A DNA stretch of 64,000 nt, from assembly GCF_964204645.1 (NCBI RefSeq), contig NC_134027.1, forward strand, positions 21,724,560 to 21,788,559, in the 5' to 3' direction. A program made the translations under genes and the position numbers. The first letter of the stretch is position 1, and every line of letters begins with the position of its first letter. The DNA is from Tubulanus polymorphus. Its lineage: Eukaryota > Animalia > Nemertea. The notes beneath the pieces are model-generated. The model was given only the letters and a program-made list of their open reading frames with translations, was not told the origin of the DNA and searched no databases. Shown one piece after another: positions 1-13,300 of this stretch.

Positions 1-542
1 TTACGCGTTCGATCATCCACGCTTGCCAGGGGTTCGGTAACTCGCTTCCACCAGCCCCCTGGCCTCCCGAAGCGTGATTTCATTAATGGTGCTGTTGCGC
101 ATGACGTCATATATCGATTTGCCAAATACTTCCTTGTTCAGTAAAACGTTCACTGATTGGTCCATTTAATGGAAAAACCAACAGAGGCCTAATGTCGTTT
201 GTTACAAGCGCTGTGATTGGTACGACCGGATTCTGGTCGGCTAGTAACGACTCTAACGACTCGTGAGGTCAAGGGGTTCGGCGAACAGCTTTAGCGTAGT
301 GGGTTCGAATCCCTTGACGGGTGAAGATGGTGTTCAATTTGCCAGCAATTATACACCAAGCAATCTGATTGGCACCGCAAGTTTTCTGGTGGCAGACATG
401 CGCATCATGTAACAGGGTTTCGTTAGGTAGCTGAGTCTAGTAATGTTAATGCCATCAGATTCGAATCCCTGCCAGGGGAGGATGGAAAAACCTCATAACA
501 AAAGTTAGATTTTTACGTGTATTACGTATTTGATGTTTTGTG

Positions 543-700
543 CCCATTGCGCCATGCATGTGATATCACAGCACGCGATATTTGAGTCGATACCCATTGC
601 GCCATGCATGTGATATCACAGCACGCGATATTTGAGTTGATACCCATTGCGCCATGCATGTGATATCACAGCACGCGATATTTGAGTCGATATTTGAGTC
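543..700. repeat. Tandem repeat, 50-bp unit x ~3
   Basis: cccattgcgccatgcatgtgatatcacagcacgcgatatttgagtcgata at 543, 593 and 643. Confidence 0.95.
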
Positions 701-1129
701 GTCCATCAGGTGCACAAGCAGGCTAATTGAAGTTAGAAGTCACAATATGACAGCCACTTGACAGACAATGTGACTGTGAGTGAACAATACGTGTGACATC
801 TGCTGATAATCTCTATTAGCGTATCACAGTTACTTGTTCTTGATATGCAAACAGCAATTGAAACAGTTTGTCTTGTCTCGTAGCCACAGCCATGAAACGA
901 GCCTTTTCGTCTCACGTTTTGTGTGCTGAGGTTTAACTATTTATTTGTCTGTTTGCGGTTTTCCTATACACCTGTTTCAACTTAATTACATGAATTTTTT
1001 TTCGAAAGATACTTATGTTTTGAAAATGGCTCATATATTTAAATTGAAATGTCACTACTCTTAAGTATTGTGGGTTTTTCTTCAGCTCAAAACTCATTCA
1101 ATTTTTATCAGATTTCGAAGTTGACCTAC

Positions 1130-1334
1130 CAGCAGCCGAGCGACACTTCATCGCCGCCTAAATGAACGTAACGATCTTTGAAAACGGTTAGAATTTCACC
1201 GAACAACTTCTCCAGGAAGTTGTACGTAGTATTCTGCAGCGGGTGAATCGGCCCGTAAAATCCGTCGGGCTCGTTTCCGACATAGCACGGCGTCAGAAAC
1301 TCGGGATGCCCGTAACCCCACGAATGAACGTGAC
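1130..1334 (-). CDS. HEXB: HEX exon with catalytic HLGGDEV motif
   Basis: TTTATAG| (G)[17 protein letters not shown]...GPIHP...[32 protein letters not shown]+TG |GTAGGT. The gene continues beyond the left edge. Confidence 0.96.
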
Positions 1335-4300
1335 CTATAAAGAGATAGATAATACACAACTGCAGACACTGATGATGGGACAGCAAGAGGATAATAGCCG
1401 CGATCACACCGAGATGATTTGGTCCGGGCCAAATTGACACGGATCGGGCTCGAGCCTAATGAAGCCCGTGCCTAATTAGAGAGCGCGTTTACACGCAAAC
1501 CATTCACTCGATACTAAACAATGTTCAAACAAAGCGAAGTGGGTCATTTTCGGTACCAGTTGCAATTCAAACGCAATCATTTTTGGTCGCGCCTGATTTG
1601 GCACGGGCGAAACAGGCTCGGTCCATTTGGCACCTGTGTGAACAATTTTTCCGGCACGGGCCTAGAATGCTCGTGTGATCGCGGCTTATACGGTACCTTC
1701 CTGCAAATGTTAGAATTTGCACGATTTGTATTGTAATAGAGACTTAGAAGAGTGTAGTGTTATCTGTAAATTTGAAAGCAACTCACTAGGAGTTTGCTGT
1801 CTTGCTATCGATAAACAATATTATCTGTTTAGGGATCATTCATTTATGACATACGTACACATGAATCGGGTCAGTTCAAATGAGTACGGTATTGGGGAAG
1901 GGGTTTGGCAGGGAGGGGGTTCGGCAGGGTTTGGAGGTGATAGCACGTATATACTATGTCATATCAATGTTCTATCTATTTCTAATTCAGTGGAATCTGC
2001 TTAATGTATATACTTTTTTGTATATTAACCCTTTCAGTGCTGACTAATCAGTACCCTATAGTGCTGGAGATAATTTGAAAATTTAAAAAAAATTCGGTTC
2101 TATAGTGTGTTGAATAACAGGATACCACTGTAGTGTGTCTACACCGCAGCGCGGTGTATCGTTAGTTACTAGTATTTTACTATGTTTGACAGGTGCTGCC
2201 ATTTTTCAAGAGAGATATTACTAATTACAAATAACCTTAATACACTGCAGTGCGGTGTAGTAGCAAAATCTATCACTGATTTATACACCGCACTGCCGTG
2301 TAGACGCACTGAAAGGGTTAACGAACAAATGGATTGCAAATATTGTCGGGATTAGAACAAAATCCGGATTAGATCGATCCGTATAAAGCAAGTTTGACTG
2401 TATTTCAAAACGTTTCTCTAGCGAGGGATGATGTTCAGGGTACATCCGTTATTCGCAAAACATGATACACGCGTTTTTATCGGATGTTGGATGAAACATT
2501 GGATGATTCCTACATTCAATCATACATTCGGTATCGTGAAATCCCGGAAAAGATGATGATAGAATCTACGGAATCAAATTCGCTGCATTTTCAATGCCGC
2601 CTATTCGACGACTTACCAGGTGTATCGAATTCAGGGATAACGCGAATACCCCGCAGTCGACCATATTCTATAATGTCGCTAACATCTTCTAACGTATAAA
2701 CTGACTCCGCATCAAATGCACCCTGCAAGTAGATAATATACATAGGAATATATAGGATTAGCAAACGCATCTACCAGCCAATGCATTTTCTTAGGGTTAA
2801 AATCATGATTATGCGTACAAATAGTTGTAACAATCAAAAACTCCTAGAGCCAGTTTTATAGACTGATATTAACTTTAAACCCAGGGGCCAGTTGCATAGT
2901 CATGGCTTTGACTTAAGACCAGTCTAAGACCAACTTAGTTCCATAGCTAATCTAACAACTTAAGACCAGTCTTAAGATTTAAGACCACTTATGGATTTAA
3001 GTCACGACTATGCAACTGGCCCCAGGGGCTAACTGAATTCATTTTCAATTGAGTTAGCCCCTGGGTTAATACCAGTCATTAAAACTGGGTCCTAGATTAT
3101 TACAAGAGATCTATTCAAGATACCCTACCCCCTTGTCCCACTGCTCCCCCAGTACTACTGTTCTCAATGGTACCCTTTTCAAGATACACGTATGTGCCCC
3201 TGTTCAGTTATCCGAAAAATGTGCCGCAACACGAAACAAATACAAATGCTAGTTGGGCTAAATAAATAATCAGCCGAGAACCCATCATCAAATTATGGCC
3301 TTCGAAGAAAAACGTCAAAACAAGAGAGAGTTTCTGCGTCTACACAGTACACTTCAGCTCAAAAGCACTTGTTACATAACCGTGCTCTCGAACAAGAAAC
3401 CCTTATTGGATTTTCGTTCCTGAGTATGCAGCACTAGAAAACTAAAAAAGATTTTCAAAAAAATAAAAACATCGATTATTCAATTACGTACGAGCAAATA
3501 CAGATCTATTTTGTGATACGTGTCTTCATACATCGGCGCACGCCGGGCTTTACCCTTTCCAGTGCTGTTTAATTGGTACCTTATAGTGCTTGAGATAATT
3601 TGAATATTTTGAGAAATTCCACCCTACTGTATTCAATAACTAGAATACCACTGTGGTGCGTCTACACCATGGTGTGGTGTATCGTTAGTTACAAATATTT
3701 CACTATGTTTTACAGGTGCTACCATTTTTCAAGAGAGATAATTACTAATTACATCAATACACCGCAGTGCGGTGTACTAGCAAAATCCATCACCGATTCA
3801 TACACCGCACTGCGGTGTAGACACACTGAAAGGGTTAAACGAGGTCTTGGAAAAAACAGTCTTTCGAGTTAAGCAGTGAAAAAGTTATAAACGAATCATT
3901 AAATTTTACGTCGCCGATATAACCCCGGCTGCGTGACAAATTCGACGAGACGTAAGCTGTTAAAATGCCATTCGTTTTTATAAATCATCATTTCGTATCG
4001 ACATGAAATTAATTGTAATGTCGAAAAGCTTTTAGCAGGAAATATACGTGACTGTCCTCAAGTGCCACACGGTGCAGGGGCGGATCTAGACGGGAGCACG
4101 CGGAGCACGTGCTCCTGTCGCAAATTCTGAGTGCCCTTTTTGAAAAAAGTGCGAAAAAAATCTTTTCCATATTAATTTCATTTTCCACATTGTTTCCATA
4201 TTAATAAATTCCCATCTCTTAAAGAATTGTTGCAGAATGCCATTTTTGTGTCTCAGGTGCCTGGAAATCGCATTAAAATGGGTTGAAATTCAAAAATTTT

Positions 4301-7300
4301 ATCCAGACCCCGCAAACGCTTCACGCCTTCGGATAGTGCCTTTTCTTATGAATTGCCCTTTTTTTAATTCTGTGCTCATGTCATAGTCTGCCTCTAGATC
4401 CGCCCCTGCAGTGTAGAACGATTTGAGGGTTGTTGACGTTGTTCCCTCCCGTGGAATTTCATCTCGCTAAGAAATACATCGTTATCACTGTAATGATCGG
4501 AAGATGAATAAGAGTTATTAAGGACCATGGGACCGGTAGGATCAACTGAGAATTTTTTTAAGTTTTGAGCACAAAAATCGATTTGTTCTTGAATTTGCAA
4601 TTAAGTATAAACAGCTGATAAAGATACATGGTAATGGGTTTTCTACGGAAGCCCCTAGGTGACATACGAGAAAGTTTTTTCACAATTTCGACTTATTAAG
4701 TCAAGGCTTCCGTAGAAAACCCATTACCATAGTAGAACAGTTCTCGATAATGATGCCACTGGGAAAGCCCTTCTAGAGGGATTTCCAAGTGATGCCCTTC
4801 TGAAGGGCTTTCCCTGTGATGTCATAAAACTAGGTCAAGCATCGATTAGTAGAATAGCAATAGTTTTATTGAAATTTTGCCCATTTTCTCCCAGTACTTC
4901 GAAACGGCTTAGAGCTGATGGATGAAACTGCCCAAATCAATTCCACCATCTGTTTTCCACCGATTGACAAAATATCAGCTGTGTATATCCAGTGGTTACA
5001 ATTTGTGCCACCAAGAGCTAACAGAAAGTTACTCTCAGGACCATTCTATAAGGATCAACACACTTGATCCTAAAAACGATGAAAACCATTCCTGCTTCGC
5101 GCAGAAAGATTTTAAAGGAGCGTTGCGCCCGAGCGGTCGAAGCCGTCGGTCACGGGCACCTGGGGAAATCAACCTTGAACCCACTTATATAATACCCAGG
5201 GTTCGGCACTCATTTCAATCCTACTCAGGTCGAAGACTTAAGCCGCCATCACAGAAGCACTTTGGCATGGGCTAAATTTGACTCAGGCCTGATGCGTGCC
5301 AATTTGGCCCTACCAAAAATGTCCGACCAAGCACAAGTCAAATTTTGAATCGCAACTTATTCTGGAAGTGACTCACTTGTTCACTTTAAGCATTGTTCAG
5401 TATCCAGTGAGTGGTTTGTGTACGCGCACGTGTTTATTAGGCACGGGCCAAATTTGACTCGGGCCTGATCCGTGCCAATTTGGCTTGGGCTAAATCATAT
5501 CTATGCGATCGCGGCTAATGCCTCAGCCATGTCATATTCAATATAAACCCTCTATTCAATCATTCAAGTGCCACTACAGTCGATACATCCTTTCTAATTA
5601 TTGGAACATCATATCATTCCACTTATATACATACGTATGTATTGCACTAATATACATATATTAATGGGAAACCTACTCCATACAGCCTATCTTCCATTAG
5701 TCTCTCCTTCATAACTTTTTTTGGCATTTCGTCGCGAAACATTAACTCATTTTCGGAAATACAGAAGACAAGCTTATGAATTCAAAACTTTTTTAGGTAT
5801 CAGTCTTCCTTTTCCCGTGAGATTTCAGGGTAACTAGACATTTTTAGAGGGGGTGTGCACCCTCCCCTCGGTTCGGCCTCCCAAGTAGGAAACAACAAAG
5901 TCATGAGACATGATTTAAAAACGGTATCATGTTTCGCTTTCCCCATCACCACCTCCCCCCCCCCCCCCGACTTTTTTTCTCAAATATGCATTGTTTAAAA
6001 AGTTCCCATTATATGACCTATATATTGTATATTGGATGTTGGCGATTGCGGACGTTAACATCTGTGAGTAATAATGCGGGAGGGCACTTCAAACAGGAGG
6101 GAGAGGGAGAACATTGCAAGCCGAGAGTCTACAGTACAGCAGCTAGCGTCACACAACCGATAAAGGAATAAAAAGGTACGCATTTTTCCATTAATTAGAC
6201 TCTAGATACTTCAATTATCGCGGACTACGCTGTTAAAATAAAGCTGAAGAATTCAAGTTCGATCATTTTTGATTCAAATCGGAAATATTCAAATTCGAAT
6301 ATATAAGTACATCATTTGCTCATACGAGAATAATCTAACGCATCATTTTAGGATGATACGAATTCATTAAACAACTCATCAACCGGACAATGGATCAACA
6401 AAATAAATACAGCCCGCCGCCAGGTAAGGGTCATTTTCGTATCGGGCTGCCTGGGTCACACGGGTGTATTTTTTGCCCAAATTGAAGCGAGCGACTGAAT
6501 ATCTACGGGGAAACGGGTAGCAGATGTCTGGAAGCATATACCACGTCGCTACTTGACGAGCGCACAAAATGGCGGAACAGCTGAACACGCAGCTATTTCA
6601 ATATCGCTAGATGCAAATAATAAAATGATTAGGACCGGGATGAATTGGCCCAGATCAGGCCCGAGTCAAATTTGGCCCGTGTCTAATTAGACAGCGAGTT
6701 TACATGTAAATCACTTGGTACTGAACAATGCTTTTCAAAGCCAAATGAGTCACTTCCAGACCCAGTTGCAATTCACATGCAATAATTTGACCCGCACGGA
6801 AATTTGACTCCGACCTGGTCCACACATCTTTGGTCGGGCCAAATTAGGCCCAGGCTAAACAGGCACAAGCCCTATTCCAGAAGCCACGTTTACTGACCTA
6901 TTTCACCTACAACACTTTCATTGACCTATTTCAGTTGAAACACTTTCATTGACCTATTTCAATAGTAACACTTTCATTGACCTATTTCAGTTAAAACACT
7001 TTCACTGACCTTTTTCAATTGCAACACTTTGACCTATTTCACCTTAAAACTTTCATTGACCTAATTCCTTTAAAACACTGTTACTGACCTATTTTACCTA
7101 TAACACTTACATTGATCTATTTTGTCAGTAACACTTTCACTAACCTATTTCACCTATAACACTTTCATTTACCTATTTCAGTATAAAGAATTTCACTGAT
7201 CTCACTTCACTTACAATTAAAACACATGCATTGGCCTATTCCAACTATAACACTTCATTGACCCATTTCATGTGAAACACTTTCAACGACCTATTTCAAC

Positions 7301-10300
7301 TGAAACACTTTCACTGACAAATTTTCACAATTTATAAACACATTCAGGAGACTCATTACTCTGAATTGGACAGGCAACCAACATGAAATGTGATCAGTAT
7401 TATTTTTTCCCAACAGGTGACGGTCAGTACAATGTAGCCTATAGCGGTCCACCACAGCAAACAACTGTCGTCATTCAACCGGCGACACTTTCAAACCCAC
7501 CTAAAGATCACCTCGCATTATCAGTGTTTGTTTGCCTGTTTTGCTGTTGGCCCTGCGGCATCGTCGCCATCATCAAGGCTTTCGACACCAGGAACTCGAT
7601 AACCAATCTAAACCAGCCCCAGGCCCAAACTGACTCCAAGCAAGCCTACAAGTGGAGCATGATATCGTTAGGATTTGGAATAGCGGGCCATGCGGTATGG
7701 ATTATATTACTTATCGCATTGGCTGCTACTGGGGTCATCTACAGTTACAGATCCTAGAATACTGGCTAACACTTTAAACGCCCTGAGTATCTACACTGCT
7801 GGCTAACACTTTAAACAATAAGTCTTTAATTTCTTATACTCTACAAATGACTATATAACTTCTTACTTAGAATGCTTGTAATGTATGACTTACTAATTAT
7901 GTGGATCACAGACTATGAAATCTAATCGAATGTTGAAAAAGTTTGTTGATGACCTAATGTGGTACATTTCTTGCGATGTAATTCTAATCGTAATATCATA
8001 GGCCCACCAAGTACTTGAGTACTCGATCAGGCTCGAGTCAAATTTGGCATGTGCCTAATCAGACACAGGCCAAATTTGACTCGGGCCCTCACTTAATACT
8101 TAGCAATGCTTAGTTAATGCTTAGCAAAGAAGGTGAGTCACCGAGTCACTTCCAGAACCAGTTGCAATTCACACGGGCCTGGGCCGACGTTTGTGGTCGG
8201 GCCAAACAGGCACGCACCCGTGTGATTGGTTGTTCCGGGCCAAAAACACTCAAGTCTCTCAGTCAAGGCTTTGATGAATACTACAGTAATGAAGATATAT
8301 CGATGAATCAAATTTGCATGTTCACATATCAATATGTAAGAATCGATGTTTGATGGAAAATCATGCACACTGATTCAGTCTTATTTAGTAATTAAGTAGT
8401 AAATTCGACCAGATTACATAGTTTAGGATTCGATTTCAACTCCTGGACTCAGTTCCACAGTAAAGGTTTTCAATTTGATCAAAAAGAGATCTTAATACTA
8501 TACTTAATACTATTGAGATAGAGATCATCAAATGGATCCAGAATTCCTGATGGATTTGGTCTTGAGTTGTTTAATACGATGTTTTGTACAAGGTGGCCAC
8601 TTAGCAACCATTTACAAATCCCCTGGGCCCAGTTTTATAGACCGGTATTACCTTCAACCCGGGGGGGGGGGGGTTAACTGCATTGAAAATGAATTAACTC
8701 AGCCCCTGGGTAAAAAAGGTAATACCAGTTTATAAAACCGGCCCCCGAGTTTTCGCTGATTTTCCATGCAATTACACAAAATTCTGCGAGTTAATCAGAG
8801 AAGGTCCTAGGTTTAGAATGCTACGCTTCAATCATTTTTCATTGAATCACGTACTGACAAAGAAATGCGTGATCAATAGCATTCCCGAATTCCCCAAGTT
8901 TTCCAGTGTCTTCTTTTGTCAAATTTATCAAATTCGCAAGTTTTCTCTGATTTTGTCTCGATTTCTCTGAATCCCAGGGTTTTCCAGGTAAGAGGCCACT
9001 AACTGTTGTACGAGCATTCTTCAATATTTCACGAAATATTTCATGTAACTCAAACGCTTTATATCGTTTGGATACATATCGATGGCGTTACACGAAGTAC
9101 AGCTGTATTTTTTAATGAATCGATTACTGATTGCAAACACTGATAACAACTGTGATGTATTTGCTTTGGAATTCTGCTCTCACATAACATTTACATATCG
9201 AGCGCTACAAACAATCACACGAATTTAAATCGTTCACAAACGAGGATGTGTTTTATGATTCAAATACTATTGGACTATATCGATATCCTCAACGCAACAA
9301 GAACCAAATTTTGGGCCAATTACCTTTCTCATTTGAGAATTACTTTGTGGTAGTATTTTGAGTTTCGGCTTTAAAAACTTTTTTGGCTCACCTATTTTGC
9401 CAAAAATTGTACAACAGGTCGTACATTTGGTCTCAAATGACGAAAATCTTGGGGAATTTCGGAATTTCAATTTGAATTTTAATATCTTAAACCATTCTCA
9501 GTGCCTTATTTACACCTTAACTCGATATTTTAGCGGTTAACTAACCAGATGCTATGGTGAAGGAATTTTTTTGAGCACTTGAGAATTGAGAAATTTTTTA
9601 GATGATTTTATCTGAGAATCTAGGCCACAGTACCGCTCAGAAGCTGTCCCCCGTAGTGTTGCACTAGCGCGATAGATGGCATCACAATATTGTACAGAAT
9701 ATAGTGCATTGGGTTTCAGCAGTGTAAAATGTGTGTCCCGTGAATGTCTAAAATTGTACAGATGGCAGTAGTGGATATAAGCCGTGATCACATGGAGACA
9801 ATTTGGCTCGGATCAGGCCAGAGTAAATTTTGGCCTATGCATGATGTGAGTGTGTTCACAAATAAGTAAATCACTCATTCGATACTAAACAATGCTTAAA
9901 CAAAGCGAAATGAGTCACATCGAAAAAACCATTCATTTTACACGCAATAATTTGACCCATGCTAAAATTCAGCTCAGGCCAAATTTTTCCCGGGCCCATA
10001 TGGCATCTGGGTGAACAGTTGTTCCGGGCCTAATTTGGCATGGACCGAAATCGTCAATGTGATCGTGGCTATAGTTAAGTGTATGGGGCAGATCAAGTGG
10101 TTTCAGCCCATCGACAGTCTCTTAAATTTCACTGTGCTGAGTAAATATTTGAAACAGGAGTTAAATGAATATGACCTGCTGGACCCAATTCCACGGTTTG
10201 AATGTCAAAGAGTTAAAATCGGTTTATTTCTAACTCATTTCAGGATGTTCTAAAAATGTCATTCAATTAAAAAAAAAGAAATTTAATGTCATTTAATTAG

Positions 10301-13300
10301 TTCTAATCAATCAACAGAATTATGTAATCTAATCAATTTGTTCTGAAACGAAACCAATGGATGTTTACTTCATGCTGAAAAATTTTTATCGAAATGAACT
10401 GATACTTAAAGGACCCAAAACCGGTCATCCGAGAAGTGATAAATTGATTATTTAACCCTTTCAGTGCGGTGTATGAATCGGTGATGGATTTTGCTAGTAC
10501 GCCGCACTGCGGTGTATTGATGTAATTAGTAATTAGTAATTATTTCTCTTGAAAAATGGCAGCACTAGTCAAACATAGTTAAATATTATTAACTAACAAT
10601 ACACCCTACCACGGTGTAGACGCACCATAGTGGTATTCCTGTTATTCAACACACACTAGGGTGGAATTTCTCAAAATATTCAAATTATCTCCAGCACTAT
10701 AAGGTATCAATTAGTCAGCACTGAAAGGGTTAACCAATATAGCACTTGAATTATGAATAGCTCCTCGTCGATTGAAACAAACTATTTGTTAAACTAAAAC
10801 CTAAATGATTTTATTCTGAAATAAAAAACTGAACTAAAATCTCTTAAAGTAGCTTGACTCTAGGTGGAATTGTTATTACTAAGGACACTTAATACTATGG
10901 ATGAGAATGGCGCAGAGAAACCACAGGGGATGCAGTGTCAAGTCAAACTTGAACACACAACCCAGGAACTGGATCTCGAGTCAAACTTAACCGATTACTG
11001 GCCAACTGTTTGATCAACTCAATAATGTGAAACTGGATCCAATTTTCTAAATCATCCCTGATGTAAGGCCAACATTTAAATCAGTCCTTTCTTTAACCCT
11101 AACCGAAAAATGGCTAACGAATGAGCGTCCTGAAAAGGGGGTTGATGGGTGCCAATGACCCCCTTTAGGGCCATACAAAACGAAACGAAACAAAACGAAA
11201 ACAGCCCATATTGAAAAAGTCAGAAAATATCTTTTTTAAAAGAATTTTTCTGGGGAATGAAAATCAGTAACTTTTAGCCAAAAAACTTACTTTCTTATGG
11301 TCAAAATGTTAATAGGTTGGGCCTGAATTAGAGCCGCTTTTTGAATAAGACGCCATATTGGTTTCTCCGACTCCACAGTTGTGCTAACTACTGCCGAAAA
11401 CCGTCTTATGGAGCACTCCTAACTACGAAGCACTCCGATGTGACACCCGCGATCGAGGCAATTTACACTGATCTCAGGAATAAAGAAAATGTTAGAAAAG
11501 GTCGGAAATCCATCTAAGGTCGGAAGATTATCATCCCTGGCCATATTTTGAATGAGGATAGAATATTTTTCTTCAGCAATTTAGATTTGCGATAGTATAG
11601 TTTAGAGCACGACGACAGCTTAAATCTCTATGAAACAAGTAAAACATATACATTAATAGAGGGACAATATCGTGGCCACCTAAGTTGTTTGTGAAGTTAC
11701 GAAATTCTAGTGGATTTAGCCCTTTAAAAGGGAAATTCAACCCCCTTAAAAAATCATGGGGTCGCCCATGTAAAAGCAAAATTCTCTTAACTTTGTTCCA
11801 ATGCCCCAACTAGTTTTGTAAACCATTCGTAACAGCCAAGTGAGCTCAAAGCCCAACGTGAACGAAACAGGGAATCGCGGAAACAGGAGACGGAAACATG
11901 TTTCCGAGCATTTCCCCATGTCATGTGCGTCGATGAGAAATAAGAAACATGGTTTCATTCGAGAACGAAATCTCCAAAATCGAACTTGTTTGATTCAGTG
12001 TTTCTTAGTTTCTGCGTTTCCGTGCGCCTCGTTTAATGAACCTAAAACCGATCGATACAACCGACTATCAAGGTTTGACATGTTGTCACTCATATTTTTT
12101 CCTAATCATTCAAGATATAGAAAGGAATGAATTCGCTCGCTCGCTCAGAATAAACGGAAAACGCCGCATAAACTGAATATCGAATTATCTCTTTCACGGC
12201 GGCGGCGACGGCGACGAGGATAACGACGACGTCACCGCGTGTCTGGCTGCTCAGTTGTCAACTGTTGCTACGAGACAGCGCGTATGAATTATTCATCCAG
12301 ACCGATACGATTAAAAATTCGCGCGTGTTTCGCCGACGAAAATATCCACGACGTCGATAACCGCGAATCGAGCTTATACAAATCAAATTAACCGCGAAGT
12401 ATACGTCCCGCTCGGCGTCGGTGTCTTGCCCGATTGCGGGCGAGAATTATTTGGGGAAAAGTATCGATCCCGAAGTGAAATCGGTCTGGCAATAATAAGG
12501 GATTTTCAAAAATAGAAAAGTTTCGAAATAGAGAGTTGGTGAACAATCTTTAAGTTTCAGGGCACCTTTTTGGTGGAATATCACACCAAGAAATGTCAGG
12601 TTCCTGTTTTCAAAATTAGCTTAATAACTTTGTTTCCTCATAGAAAAAATTCTAAAATATTCGGAATTCTTTAAAAATAGCTTTAAAAACTTTATGTCTC
12701 CTAATGCCATTAATTCTTAGAATGTCATTATCTGTTCTCGTTTAGTTTTATACTAGTGTTTTATCTTTGGGTTCTATAATCAATTATGTAAAGCACAGTG
12801 AGTCCATTAAGAAAATAACATAACAGCATATTTCATCATTATTATCAATGTCATTACTATTATGGCACAATGAAAAATTATGGCACATCTAATTTTCAAG
12901 CGGTAATCAACATGGAATTTACTACACACATTCTAGCCAAACACTTCTTCTGATTTGAAATCTTCATAGTTGTAGAGGCCAATAGCTGAATGCGTTTGGG
13001 TCACATGATTTTCAAACAATATAAGTTTGTTTTCTGTTTGTCTACCACTCAGAAGATACAGTACAAACAGAAGCAGAACCGATATTGGGTCGATCGGGCC
13101 GATTTTTGACCGAATAATTTTCACCCGATATCAGATTAAGAACGTACGCACTGAGCTTTATTGACAGTGAAGGTTTAAAAAACCAACCTTATCTCTAAAG
13201 ACAATAATAGGAGGCAAGGACAGATGTTCGTTAATCGATACCATCGACAACAGAAATTCCTTGAATCAGAAAATGTTCACATCAGGAAGTTCGTCATTAT

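Noticed and set aside
280-325. tRNA gene (GGTTCGAATCC; also ~19908, 28234, 49057, 56049)
   Set aside because: Only B-box/T-arm fragments are present and no cloverleaf could be formed. Treated as SINE-derived.
541-700. CRISPR-like periodicity in the tandem repeats (also 6884-7345 and 37333-37920)
   Set aside because: There are no unique spacers and no cas genes, and the context is eukaryotic.
1521-1736. Recurrent short ORFs (FKQSE..HF..QLQF; [10 protein letters not shown]) at several loci
   Set aside because: They are translations of MITE family B copies, not genes.
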